NCBI GenBank assembly: GCA_963721805.1
Contig: CAVRJY010000001.1
Coordinates: 1,184,001 to 1,248,000 of the forward strand
DNA from: Nitrospirota bacterium
GTDB lineage: Bacteria; Nitrospirota; Thermodesulfovibrionia; Thermodesulfovibrionales; JdFR-86
Reading direction: 5' to 3'
DNA: 64,000 bases
A model generated the notes under the pieces. It did no database searches. It was not told where the DNA came from and was given only the letters and a program-made list of their open reading frames with translations. The translations under genes and the position numbers were made by a program. Below are positions 47,617 through 57,432 of this stretch, piece after piece (positions within the stretch are counted from its first letter, which is position 1; each line of letters opens with the position of its first letter).

Positions 47617-49473
47617 ATGCAGCGCAAGATAGTTCTCCTTATAATGAGCTGCGTGCTGGTTATCCTCCTGACCGTGGGCATCGTAAGCCACCTCCGAGTC
47701 CAGGAAAGCATCAACCATTACATGGACTCCCACCTCGACCTGGCGCAGATGATCAGCCGCAACCTCGACGCCGTGGTCGAGCAAAACATAGCGAGGCTCC
47801 AGGGGATCGCGCTCTCGGGCGACCTCAGCCCCGGAGGGCCGGGCCTGGAGGCCGAGCGCAGCGCTCTTAGGGAGGCGTACGCTTATTCGCTCTTCGACCA
47901 CGGCCTGTTCCTGATGGACCTCCAGGGCAACGTCGTGCTCACTTACCCCCCGCGCGACGAAGAGCAGCGCAACCTTTTGGCCATTCCGATCGTCGCCGAC
48001 GCGATTGCGAAAAATGAGGTCTCCGTCTCCGGCATGTACACCGAGGCCGATACCGGCCAGAGCCTCTTGTACGTCCTCGTCCCGGTTAAGGGCGCAGACG
48101 GCGAGGTCGGCGGGTTCGTGGGTGGCGAGATCAGCCCCGCAAACGGGATGCTCGCCTCGTTCATACGCACCGTCGCTTCTGACAAATACATGAGCCTGGA
48201 TCTGGTGGACAGCCGCGGCACCGTGATAGCGAGCAACCGCGGCGACCGCGTCATGCAGCACCTCGACTATAAAAACGTCATCACCAAGATGATACACGAG
48301 GGCCGGAACTTCGTCGGCATCTGCCATAACTGCCATTTCTCGACGACCGAGGGCAACAGCCGGCTGCGGGAGGAGGACGTCCTCGTGTTCGTCCCGCTTA
48401 AAAGCGCGCCGTGGGGCATATCGATCCGCCACCCGAGCGAGATAGTCTTCGGCCCGGCCCGCAGCCTCAGGAAGTCTTTCCTGCTGATAGGGGCGCTCAT
48501 TATCGGCGTCTCGGTGGTGCTGTCCGTGGGGCTCAGCCGGAGCATTGTCCGGCCGCTCAAGGAACTGACCGCGGCGTCAGAGCGCATAGCGGAGTGCAAC
48601 CTCGACGAGCCTGTCACGGTCAGGCGCTCCGACGAGATAGGGGTGCTCGCAAACAGCTTCGAGCTCATGCGCTGGAGGCTCAACGAGCTCCTGGGCAGGA
48701 TACAGACGCATAACCAGGAACTCGAGCACCGCGTGGCCGAGCGCACCTCGGAGCTCCAGCGCAGGAAGCTCCAGCTCTCGCGGCTCGTGCGCGAGGGCAT
48801 GCGCGCACAGGAGGACGAGCGCAGGCGCATTGCGCGCGAGCTCCACGACGAGACCAGCCAGACGCTGGCCGCCATGGGTATGTCGCTTGAGATCGCGACC
48901 GTCGCGCTTGCCGACGAGAAGCTCACCCCCGAGATGCTCGCCGGTTTGCAGGGCCGCGTCGGAGTGCTCGTCGACGGGATACACCGCATCATACAGGACC
49001 TGCGCCCGCCGGTGCTCGACGACCTCGGGCTCGAATCCGCGGTGCGGTGGCTGTTGAGGAAGAACCTCGACGAAAACGGCATAGAGTACACGTTCAGCTT
49101 CAGCGGGATCGAGGACCTGGAGATCGAAAAGAAGGAGGAGATGCGCATCTTCCGCATAATACAGGAGGCCCTCGCCAACATAGTGCGCCACTCGCGCGCG
49201 TCTCACGTATGCTTCAGCATGGCGGCCGACGAATTCACGCTCGACATAGACATCGTGGATAACGGCGTAGGCTTCGACGCCGAGGGCGCATTCGGCGGCT
49301 CGAGGGCCGACGAGGGGCTCAAGGGCTACGGCCTGCTCGGGATGCACGAGCGCGTCGAGCAGTTTTCAGGCGCGTTTTCGGTCACCTCGTTCCCGCTTGA
49401 GGAGACCGATATCGAGATCAGCCTCCCGATGGAGTTGATAGTGAAGAAAGGGAGCGGGACCGATATTGCATAA
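47617..49473 (+). CDS. Sensor histidine kinase (Cache-like, HAMP, HisKA_3) with periplasmic CxxCH
   Basis: ERRRIARELHDETSQ, QEALANIVRH, DNGVGF, GLLGMHER, CHNCH in the sensor domain. Confidence 0.93.
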   Translation: MQRKIVLLIMSCVLVILLTVGIVSHLRVQESINHYMDSHLDLAQMISRNLDAVVEQNIARLQGIALSGDLSPGGPGLEAERSALREAYAYSLFDHGLFLMDLQGNVVLTYPPRDEEQRNLLAIPIVADAIAKNEVSVSGMYTEADTGQSLLYVLVPVKGADGEVGGFVGGEISPANGMLASFIRTVASDKYMSLDLVDSRGTVIASNRGDRVMQHLDYKNVITKMIHEGRNFVGICHNCHFSTTEGNSRLREEDVLVFVPLKSAPWGISIRHPSEIVFGPARSLRKSFLLIGALIIGVSVVLSVGLSRSIVRPLKELTAASERIAECNLDEPVTVRRSDEIGVLANSFELMRWRLNELLGRIQTHNQELEHRVAERTSELQRRKLQLSRLVREGMRAQEDERRRIARELHDETSQTLAAMGMSLEIATVALADEKLTPEMLAGLQGRVGVLVDGIHRIIQDLRPPVLDDLGLESAVRWLLRKNLDENGIEYTFSFSGIEDLEIEKKEEMRIFRIIQEALANIVRHSRASHVCFSMAADEFTLDIDIVDNGVGFDAEGAFGGSRADEGLKGYGLLGMHERVEQFSGAFSVTSFPLEETDIEISLPMELIVKKGSGTDIA

Positions 49474-50125
49474 GCCGATCAAGATACTGATTGTCGACGA
49501 CCACGCGCTCGTGCGCGAGGGCATCCGCGCTTTGGTCGCGATGCACGAGGGCATCGAAGTAGTCGGCGAGGCCGAAGACGGCCTGCAAGCCATCGAGATG
49601 ACCGGCGACCTCGACCCCGACGTGGTGCTTATGGATATTGCGATGCCCAGGTACGGCGGCCTCGAGGCCACGCTCGAGATCAGGAAGAAGCACAAGGACG
49701 CCAAGATACTGATCCTCAGCCAGTACGACGACCCCCAGTACCTCGACCGCTTCCTCAAGGCCGGCGTCTCGGGGTATATCCTGAAGAAGGCCCTCGGCTC
49801 CGAGCTCGTCTCGGCCATCCGCGCGGTCGCGGCCGGGGAATCATACCTCCACCCGAGCCTGACCGCCAACGTGATAGAGCGCTACCTCTCGAAGGGCTCG
49901 CCCAAAAAGCCGGCAGAGCCCGTGAGCCTGACCTCACGCGAGCAGCAGATATTGAAGCTGCTGGCCGAGGGCAACAGCCACAAGGAGATAGCCTCGATAC
50001 TCGATATCAGCGTCAAGACCGTCGTCGCCCACCAGTCGAACATCTCCGAGAAGCTCGACCTGCATACGCGCGCCGGGCTCATAAAATACGCCTTCCAGCA
50101 CGGCATAGTCAGGGCCGAATCGTGA
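49466..50125 (+). CDS. NarL/LuxR-family response regulator
   Basis: IVDDH, MDIAMP, LTSREQQILKLLAEG, ISVKTV. Confidence 0.95.
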   Translation: MHKPIKILIVDDHALVREGIRALVAMHEGIEVVGEAEDGLQAIEMTGDLDPDVVLMDIAMPRYGGLEATLEIRKKHKDAKILILSQYDDPQYLDRFLKAGVSGYILKKALGSELVSAIRAVAAGESYLHPSLTANVIERYLSKGSPKKPAEPVSLTSREQQILKLLAEGNSHKEIASILDISVKTVVAHQSNISEKLDLHTRAGLIKYAFQHGIVRAES

Positions 50126-50170
50126 GAGGCAGGATGCGTGGGGGCAAGGGTGTGAGAACCTCTTGAAACG

Positions 50171-50200
50171 AAAAGGGTTTGCGATCTCTCGCAAACCCTT
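50171..50200. terminator. Hairpin terminator between the response regulator and the convergent tRNA
   Basis: AAGGGTTTGCGA-tctc-TCGCAAACCCTT, with a T-run on the minus strand. Confidence 0.8.
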
Positions 50201-50209
50201 GGTATTAAG

Positions 50210-50283
50210 TGCCCCCTGCAAGGCTCGAACTTGCGACCCCAGGTTTAGGAAACCTGTGCTCTGTCCAACTGAGCTAAGAGGGC
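50210..50283 (-). tRNA. tRNA-Arg (anticodon CCT)
   Basis: Reverse complement GCCCTCTTAGCTCAGTTGGACAGAGCACAGGTTTCCTAAACCTGGGGTCGCAAGTTCGAGCCTTGCAGGGGGCA folds as a cloverleaf. CCA is not encoded. Confidence 0.95.
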
Positions 50284-50527
50284 TCAGCAGATACTCTAAC
50301 ATGACGGCGTGAGCCCAGTCAAAACACCGCGATTCCCTCCTCGCCGCGCACTGATAACGCGCTTCAGCCACCCTGAAAATAATATTTCAAGCGATTGAAA
50401 ATAGGCTATTAACATTTTCCTTGCTTTATGAGATAATTATTAAATATTATAGTGCGAAAGCGCACTTAGCTAAGTTTTATGGCTTATTTACGCGGAATTA
50501 TTCACATAACGAACATGGAGGGTCAGT

Positions 50528-51640
50528 ATGGAGGAAAAACCAGGCAGGCCGTTTGGCGAACTCTACGACTCATTGATCCAGCGCGGCGTGACGCGCCGGG
50601 ACTTCCTGACGTTCTGCAGCACGATGGCCGCGGCCCTGGCGCTGCCGGCCGGTTACGGCGCGACAATTGCCGAGGCGCTGGAGAAGGCAAAGAAGCCGAT
50701 CGTCGTCTGGCTCGAGATGCAGGCCTGCACCGGGGATACAGAGTCCCTGCTTCGGGCCACCAAGCCCGCGGTCGGAGAGCTGCTCCTTGACATCATCTCC
50801 CTGGACTACGCTGAGGTGATCATGGCCTCGGCCGGTTTCCAGGCCGAGAAGTGCCTCTCCGACGTGGTCAAGAACGAGAAGGGCAAGTACATCTGCATCA
50901 TCGAGGGCGCGATCCCGCTGGCCGAGGGCGGCATATACGGCACCATCGGCGGCAGGACAATGGTCGATATTGCTAGAGAGGTCAGCGGCAGCGCCCTGGC
51001 CACAATCGCTGTCGGCAACTGCGCCTGGGACGGAGGAATACCCGCGGCCCAGCCTAACCCCACCGGCGCGGTGGGGGTCAAGGACGCCGTGAGCGGCATA
51101 ACGCTGATCAACCTGCCCGGCTGCCCGATGAACGGAGAGAACCTTACGGCAGTAATCGTGCACTTCCTGACGTTCGGCACCCTGCCGGTCACCGATACCT
51201 TTGGCCGCCCGCGCTTCGCATACGGCAAGCGCGTCCATGACAACTGCGAGCGCCGCGCGCACTTCGACGCCGGGCAGTATGTCCGCAGGTGGGGCGACGA
51301 AGGCCACCGCCTCGGCTGGTGCCTCTACGAGATGGGGTGCAAGGGGCCGGACACCTTCCATAACTGCCCTATCGTCAGGTGGAACGGGGGCACAAGTTGG
51401 CCGGTGCAGTCCGGCCACGGCTGCATAGGCTGTGCTGCGCCTCACTTCTGGGATACGATGACTCCGTTCTACCGCAGGCTGCCCAAGGTGCCGGGCTTCG
51501 GCATCGAGACCACGGCCGACAAGATCGGCCTCGGCGTGGCTGCCGCGGCCGCCGCGGGCCTCGCAGCGCATGCCATAACCAGGGCGGTAAAGGGCGGTTA
51601 CAAGCCCGAGGAACATAAAAAAGAGGAGGATAAAAAATAA
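50528..51640 (+). CDS. [NiFe]-hydrogenase small subunit (group 1, Tat-exported, C-terminal anchor)
   Basis: [42 protein letters not shown]. Confidence 0.96.
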   Translation: MEEKPGRPFGELYDSLIQRGVTRRDFLTFCSTMAAALALPAGYGATIAEALEKAKKPIVVWLEMQACTGDTESLLRATKPAVGELLLDIISLDYAEVIMASAGFQAEKCLSDVVKNEKGKYICIIEGAIPLAEGGIYGTIGGRTMVDIAREVSGSALATIAVGNCAWDGGIPAAQPNPTGAVGVKDAVSGITLINLPGCPMNGENLTAVIVHFLTFGTLPVTDTFGRPRFAYGKRVHDNCERRAHFDAGQYVRRWGDEGHRLGWCLYEMGCKGPDTFHNCPIVRWNGGTSWPVQSGHGCIGCAAPHFWDTMTPFYRRLPKVPGFGIETTADKIGLGVAAAAAAGLAAHAITRAVKGGYKPEEHKKEEDKK

Positions 51641-53349
51641 TGCCGAAAATCGTAGTCGACCCGATCACGAGGATCGAGGGACATTTGAGGATCGAGGCGC
51701 AGGTCGATGGCGGTAAGATCGTCGACGCGTGGGCCTCGTCCACGGCATTCCGCGGGATAGAGATCATACTGAAGGGCAGAGACCCGCGCGACGCATGGGC
51801 CTTTACCCAGCGAATATGCGGGGTCTGAACGACCGTTCATGCCACCGCATCCGTGCGATGCGTCGAGAGCGCTTTAAACATAACGATCCCCGATAACGCG
51901 AGGGTCATACGCAATATCATCAGCGGCATGCAGCAGGTGCAGGACCACATCATACACTTCTATCACCTGCATGCCCTTGACTGGGTAGACGTCGTCTCCG
52001 CGCTCAAGGCCGACCCGGCCAAGACCTCCGCGCTCGCCCAGTCGATCTCCGACTGGCACAACTCCAGCGCCGCGTATTTCAAGGGAGTGGCGGCAAAGCT
52101 CACCGAGTTCGTCCAGCGCGGCCAGCTCGGCCCGTTCGCGAACGCATACTGGGGGCACAAGGCCTATAAGCTCCCGCCCGAGGCGAACCTGATGGCCGTG
52201 GCTCATTATCTCGAGGCCCTCGAAATTCAGAAAGACATCATCCGCCTGCACGCCACCCTGGGCGGCAAGAACCCCCACTTGCAGACGTACGTCGTTGGCG
52301 GCATGGCGTGCCCGATCGATCCCAACAGCCAAAACGCGATCAACGCCGCGAGTATCCAGTTCATGAAGGATCTTTCCGCGAGGGCCACCGCGTTCGTCGA
52401 GCAGGTATACATCCCTGACCTGCTGGCGGTGGCCTCGTTCTACAAGGACTGGGCCGCGATAGGCGAGGGCGTGGGCAACTACCTCTCAGCCGGCGACTTC
52501 CCCATGGACGGCCTGCCCAACAGCACGAACAACTGGCTTCCGGGCGGAGTGATCAAGGGCAAGAACCTCTCGAAGGTCGAGACCGTAGATCCCAAGAAGA
52601 TCGCAGAGCACGTCGCCCACTCGTGGTATACATACTCTGGCGGCGACGAGAAGGGCGTCCACCCGTATGACGGCGAGACGAGCCCGAAATATACCGGGCC
52701 CAAGCCGCCATATAAGGAACTCGACACTGCCGCCAAATACACCTGGTCCAAGGCCCCGCGTTACGACGACCTGCCGATGGAGGTCGGGCCGCTCTCGCGC
52801 ATGCTAGTGGCGTACGCACAGGGCCACAAAGAGGTGGTCGAGGTCGTGAACCTCGTCTTAGGAAAACTCGGAGTGGGACCGGCGGCGTTGTTCTCGACTC
52901 TGGGCCGCACCGGAGCCCGTGGAGTCGAGACGCTCGTGATAGCCCGTAAGCTGCCGTCGATGATCGACGAGCTCGCGGCGAACATCAAGAAGGGCGACCT
53001 CGCTATAGCTAACACGACTCTATGGGAGCCCTCGACCTGGCCGAGCGAGTGCAGGGGGTACGGTTTCCACGAGGCCCCGCGCGGCATGCTGAGCCATTGG
53101 ATCAACATCAAGGACCAGAAGATCGCGAACTACCAGTGCATAGTGCCCGGCACCTGGAACGTCTCTCCGCGCGACGCAAAGGGGCAGCGCGGCCCTTACG
53201 AGGCTGCCCTGATCGGCACGCCGATCGAGAACCTCGAGCAGCCGCTGGAGATCCTGCGCACGGTGCATTCGTTCGACCCATGCATGGCGTGCGCGGTGCA
53301 CGTGGTCGACGCCCAGAAAAACCCGGTCATCACAGTAAAGGTGAAGTAG
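51640..53349 (+). CDS. [NiFe]-hydrogenase large subunit, 569 aa if the in-frame TGA at 51826-51828 is read through (candidate Sec63)
   Basis: [16 protein letters not shown][TGA][19 protein letters not shown] plus cleavable C-terminal tail. Both ORF-track fragments are in the same frame. Confidence 0.93.
51826..51862 (+). promoter_or_regulatory. Candidate bacterial SECIS element following the in-frame UGA
   Basis: Stem CGCATC (51846-51851)/GATGCG (51857-51862), loop CGTGC with GU at loop positions 2-3, loop starting 23 nt after UGA. Confidence 0.55.
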
Positions 53350-53365
53350 GGAAGGAGGACAGACC

Positions 53366-54055
53366 GTGATTGATAAAGGAAATGGGGAGACCTGCTCCCT
53401 TGCGTCACGCATAGTGTATGTCTGGCAGGTCCCGGTCCGCCTCGTGCACTGGACGAACGTCCTGAGCATCCTGACGCTCTCGGTCACGGGCTTCTACATC
53501 GGGGCTCCGTTCATGCACGCCATCGACACGACTCAAAACATAATGGGCAACATCAGGTTCATCCACTTCACGGTCGCCTACATTTTCCTGGTGAGCGTGC
53601 TGTCGCGCATCGCGTGGTCGTTCATGGGCAACAAGTATGCGAGTTGGAGGACATGGTTCCCGTTTTCGCGGCCTCACCTCGGCGAGCTGTGGAACGCCCT
53701 TAAGTTCTATATCATGATAGGCGGCAAGAAGCCCACCGTGGTCGGCCACACGGGCGTTGCGCTCATCACGTATTTTTTCCTGCATGTGCTGTACGCGCTC
53801 ATGCTTCTTACAGGCTTCGCCTTTTACAGCATGGGCAGGCCCGAAAGTTTCGTGACGTTCCTGATGGGCAGGTGGGTGCTGAACTACGTGAGCCCGCAGG
53901 ACCTCCGGCTTTACCACCACATAACCATGTACGTGATCCTGACCTTCGCGGCCGTGCACGTTTACATCGCGTGGTGGTTCGACCTGATCGAGCGAAACGG
54001 GATAATGAGCAGCATGTTCAGCGGCAACAAGTTCCTGCACGAGGAAGAACGTTAA
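53366..54055 (+). CDS. Ni/Fe-hydrogenase b-type cytochrome subunit (HyaC/HupC)
   Basis: YVWQVPVRLVHW, RFIHF, LYHH, VHVY, SSMFSG. Confidence 0.93.
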   Translation: MIDKGNGETCSLASRIVYVWQVPVRLVHWTNVLSILTLSVTGFYIGAPFMHAIDTTQNIMGNIRFIHFTVAYIFLVSVLSRIAWSFMGNKYASWRTWFPFSRPHLGELWNALKFYIMIGGKKPTVVGHTGVALITYFFLHVLYALMLLTGFAFYSMGRPESFVTFLMGRWVLNYVSPQDLRLYHHITMYVILTFAAVHVYIAWWFDLIERNGIMSSMFSGNKFLHEEER

Positions 54056-54554
54056 ACTCTCGATCATAGGCATAGGCAATACCCTGCTCAGCGACGAGGG
54101 TGCGGGGGTGCACGCCGTAAGGGCGCTCGTGGAGAGGTACAGCTTCCCCGGAGGCGTCCGGCTGATCGACGGCGGCACGAAGGGGCTCGAACTGCTCTCT
54201 TACGTCGAGGGCGACCACCTGATGCTGCTTGACGCGGTGGACTTCGGCGCTGCCCCCGGCACGGTGCGCATGATCGAGGGCGACGGCATCCACGCGTTTA
54301 TGGACATGAAGTTCTCGGTCCACCAGATCGGGGTGCCGGACCTCCTGTTCGCCGCGATGCTGACGGACGCGCTTCCGAGGGACGTCTGTCTGGTTGGGAT
54401 ACAGCCTCAGTCGCTCGAGGCAGGGCTGGAGCTTACGGACGTGGTGCGTGGTAAAATGGAAGAACTCCTCGGCATGGCCGTGGAGCGGCTCCGCTCGTGG
54501 GGCGTAGAGGTTGCCATCAAGGAGGCGGCTGATGTGTCTTGCGATTCCCTCTAA
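54051..54554 (+). CDS. Hydrogenase maturation protease (HyaD/HupD), no canonical start codon
   Basis: (V)KLSIIGIGNTLLSDEGAGVHAV, IDGGT, LDAVD, SVHQIG. The frame is open upstream of the ORF-track start. Confidence 0.88.
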   Translation, partial: VKLSIIGIGNTLLSDEGAGVHAVRALVERYSFPGGVRLIDGGTKGLELLSYVEGDHLMLLDAVDFGAAPGTVRMIEGDGIHAFMDMKFSVHQIGVPDLLFAAMLTDALPRDVCLVGIQPQSLEAGLELTDVVRGKMEELLGMAVERLRSWGVEVAIKEAADVSCDSL

Positions 54555-54831
54555 AGTTATAGAACTTGACGATATGCTCGCTACCGTGGATCTGTACGGC
54601 GCGCGCACCTCGGTGAGCCTGATGCTGATGCCCGAGGAGGTCAGGGTGGGCGACTACGTGCTCGTCCATGCCGGGTTCGCCCTGCAGCGCCTCGATGAGG
54701 CCGCGGCGCTCGATTCGCTCGCGCTGCTTCGTGAGGTTCAGGAGTTCATCGAGGCCGAAGAGGCCGAGGCGCGCGCCTCGGGTTTATTGTGCGGCCCCGT
54801 CCACGAAGGGCCTAAACTGAACTATTTGTAG
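54532..54831 (+). CDS. hypC: Hydrogenase assembly chaperone HypC/HupF
   Basis: MCLAIP N-terminus, [11 protein letters not shown]. Confidence 0.95.
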   Translation: MCLAIPSKVIELDDMLATVDLYGARTSVSLMLMPEEVRVGDYVLVHAGFALQRLDEAAALDSLALLREVQEFIEAEEAEARASGLLCGPVHEGPKLNYL

Positions 54832-55331
54832 CGGATCACCTCGAACCGTTCGACGCCGATTTTCTCGTCCTGCCTGATCCCGGCCTTGCGCATCGAGATC
54901 GATATCTGCTGCTGCGCGGTGTCAACCCCTTCGAGGTCTGGAAGCAGCAGCCCCCGTCTGCCCCCCGCCGTTACGATCACCCCGTAGCGCCTGGGGTCAA
55001 GCGCGGAGAGGTCGTCTACGGGCTCGGGCGCCGTGAGCACGTCGACCGAGTAGGTGATCTCGTCGAGTTCATCAGGGGTGACAGGAGTGAAGCGCGGGTC
55101 ACGCGTGGCCGCGCTGATCGCGTTTTCGACGGTCTCATGTGCGACCGAGGCCGTGCAGGGCTGTATGGTGCCGATGCAGCCCCTGAGTTCGCCGTGTTTT
55201 TTGAGCGATACGAAGACACCCGCCTGCCTTCCAGCGAGGTCGCCGAGCCCTTCTTCAGACGGCGTAATCTTCTTGTGCGAGCGGACGTATTCCTCGATGG
55301 TCTTCTTGGCCAGGCTTACGATAGGGTGCAT
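54822..55331 (-). CDS. AMMECR1-domain protein (AmmeMemoRadiSam protein A-like)
   Basis: GVFVSL...LRGCIGT, DPRF, GLLLPDL. Confidence 0.9.
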   Translation of the reverse strand: MHPIVSLAKKTIEEYVRSHKKITPSEEGLGDLAGRQAGVFVSLKKHGELRGCIGTIQPCTASVAHETVENAISAATRDPRFTPVTPDELDEITYSVDVLTAPEPVDDLSALDPRRYGVIVTAGGRRGLLLPDLEGVDTAQQQISISMRKAGIRQDEKIGVERFEVIRYK

Positions 55332-55366
55332 GGCATTTACCTCTTTCTCTTGGGCGGGAGGCGTTA

Positions 55367-56356
55367 TTATTTGCCGCGAATCAGGGCGTACTCAGAAAGT
55401 TCGAACAGGTTGTCTCTTTCCTTCGAGTGCGGGAAGACCGAGAGGGCGGCACGGGCTTCGTCGACGAGCTTGCGGGCGTGTTCGAATGCGGCTTCGAGCA
55501 CCCCATAGCGGCCGAAGAGCTCCTGGATCCGCGCCAGTCCGTTTTCGCCGACGCCGTCCGCGACGATCTTCGCGATCTCGGCCCGTTCGGCGGGGTTTGC
55601 GGCCTGCAGCAGCAGTATCAGGGGCAGGGTGATCTTCCCCTCGCCCAAATCAGTGCCCAGGCGCTTTCCGAACGCGGCCTCGTCGGCCATGTAATCGAGG
55701 ATGTCGTCTGCCATCTGAAAGGCCATGCCGGTCTTGAGCCCGAAGGCCGCCAGCGCCTCTTCCTTCGCGTCCGTGGCGCCCGCTACTATGGCCCCGAGCC
55801 TGCACGCGGCCGAGATCAGCACGCCGGTCTTGGCCGATATGATGGCCAGGTAGTCCTGCTCGGTTATCGCGGTGTCGCCGAGCTTCTGCAGCTGTATGAG
55901 TTCGCCCTGCGTCATCCCGGCGATGGCCGAGGCGAGGATATCGACGATCTTTGTGTTTTTGAAGGTGACGGCGTGGCGCAGGGCGGTGGAATACAGGTAA
56001 TCGCCTACGAGTATCACCGGCGCGTTGCCCCATATCGAGTTCGCGACCGGGCGGCCTCGCCTTAGCTCCGAGCCGTCCACGACGTCGTCGTGCAGGAGCG
56101 AGGCGGTGTGGATCGATTCGACCACCCCCGAGAGCACTATCTGTCCTTCGCCGCCGTCCCCTGAAATCGCTGCGGAGGACAGCAGGAACAGTGGCCTGAT
56201 GCGCTTTCCGCCGCTTTCATGTATATGCAGGCCTATGGCCTGTATAAGGACAGACTCGCTCTTGAACATCCCAAGGAGGTACTGATCCACCCTGCGGAGC
56301 TCCTCGCGGTGGGCCTCGAAGACCCTGCTTATGTCTGCGGTCTGGTTGCCCTGCAT
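55367..56356 (-). CDS. Polyprenyl diphosphate synthase (IspB-like)
   Basis: [34 protein letters not shown]. Confidence 0.93.
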   Translation of the reverse strand: MQGNQTADISRVFEAHREELRRVDQYLLGMFKSESVLIQAIGLHIHESGGKRIRPLFLLSSAAISGDGGEGQIVLSGVVESIHTASLLHDDVVDGSELRRGRPVANSIWGNAPVILVGDYLYSTALRHAVTFKNTKIVDILASAIAGMTQGELIQLQKLGDTAITEQDYLAIISAKTGVLISAACRLGAIVAGATDAKEEALAAFGLKTGMAFQMADDILDYMADEAAFGKRLGTDLGEGKITLPLILLLQAANPAERAEIAKIVADGVGENGLARIQELFGRYGVLEAAFEHARKLVDEARAALSVFPHSKERDNLFELSEYALIRGK

Positions 56357-56363
56357 TGCCCTG

Positions 56364-57422
56364 TTAGACCCTCAGTTTGTCGATCTCGGCCCCCGGCTCG
56401 GAGAGCATATGGAGGTCCGAGGGCTTAAAAGCGCCCTTCTCTGTAATTATAGCAGTTACGTAGCGCGCGGGTGTGACGTCAAACGCCATGTTCAGGGCCT
56501 TGGCCCCCTCGGGCGCGATGCGGTAATGGCCCATGATGTTCGTGACCTCGTCGGGGGAGCGCTCCTCGATCGGGATAAGATCGCCGCTAGGCATCGTGAA
56601 GTCTATGCTGCTCGTAGGGGCCGCGACATAAAACGGTATCCCGTGCTCCTTGCAGAGCACCGCCACGCTATAGGTGCCTATCTTGTTCGCGACGTCGCCG
56701 TTTCGTGCGGTGCGGTCCGTGCCCACGATCGCCAGGTCTATCATGCCGCGCTTCATCAGCGCCCCGGCCGAGTTGTCCGGGATCAGCGTGACGTCCACCC
56801 CGGCCTGCATCAGCTCCCATGTCGTGAGGCGAGCGCCCTGCAGCCACGGGCGTGTCTCGTCGGCGTAGACCGAAAATTTCCTGCCCATCTCGTGCGCCAC
56901 TAGCATAGGGGCCGTGGCCGTGCCGTAGCCGCCTGTCGCGAGGCTCCCGGCGTTACAGTGCGTCAGCACGCGGCTGCCTTCTTTGATGAACTTCTCGCCG
57001 AACCTGCCGATGGCCTTGTTGGTCTCGATGTCCTCGCTTAGCACGCGGTCGGCCTCCTCGAAGAGGAGCTCCTTAAGCTCGTCCACCGATACGTTCGGCC
57101 GCGAGGCCAGAAAGCTCCTTATGCGCTCGACCGCCCACTTGATGTTGACCGCGGTCGGCCGGGTGGCAAGCAGATCGGCGTATACGGGTTCGAGCCCCTC
57201 GCAGAAGCGGCGGAAGTCCGAGGTCTCGATGGCGTTTGCGCCGAGCGCAATGCCCATAGCGGCCGATATGCCGATGGCAGGCGCGCCCCTGACGTTCATC
57301 TCCTTTATGCACCGGGCCACCTGTCCGGGGCTGGTGCATTCAATGTACCTGACCTCGTTCGGCAGTACCGCCTGGTCGAGGATCATCACGCGTTGGCCTT
57401 CCCTGTATATTGTGCGTACCAT
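56364..57422 (-). CDS. mtnA: S-methyl-5-thioribose-1-phosphate isomerase
   Basis: VRGAPAIG, RPTAVN, THCNAGSLAT, ETRPWLQGARLT, NKIGTY. Confidence 0.96.
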   Translation of the reverse strand: MVRTIYREGQRVMILDQAVLPNEVRYIECTSPGQVARCIKEMNVRGAPAIGISAAMGIALGANAIETSDFRRFCEGLEPVYADLLATRPTAVNIKWAVERIRSFLASRPNVSVDELKELLFEEADRVLSEDIETNKAIGRFGEKFIKEGSRVLTHCNAGSLATGGYGTATAPMLVAHEMGRKFSVYADETRPWLQGARLTTWELMQAGVDVTLIPDNSAGALMKRGMIDLAIVGTDRTARNGDVANKIGTYSVAVLCKEHGIPFYVAAPTSSIDFTMPSGDLIPIEERSPDEVTNIMGHYRIAPEGAKALNMAFDVTPARYVTAIITEKGAFKPSDLHMLSEPGAEIDKLRV

Positions 57423-57432
57423 ATTCCCTCCC

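Noticed and set aside
50210..50283. tRNA next to the hydrogenase as a possible tRNA-Sec
   Set aside because: The anticodon is CCT (Arg), the length is 74 nt and there is no long variable arm.
50126..50527. tRNA-Arg as an integration site of a genomic island
   Set aside because: No integrase, no duplicated tRNA 3' end seen, and no compositional shift in the flanking genes.
53270..53301. Canonical [NiFeSe] hydrogenase
   Set aside because: The C-terminal motif is DPCMAC encoded by TGC codons. There is no Sec at the canonical position.
51853..53349. Large subunit as a separate 498-aa gene starting at GTG 51853
   Set aside because: It would lack the RIEGH and RxCGxC motifs. The upstream 62-aa ORF is in the same frame and supplies them.
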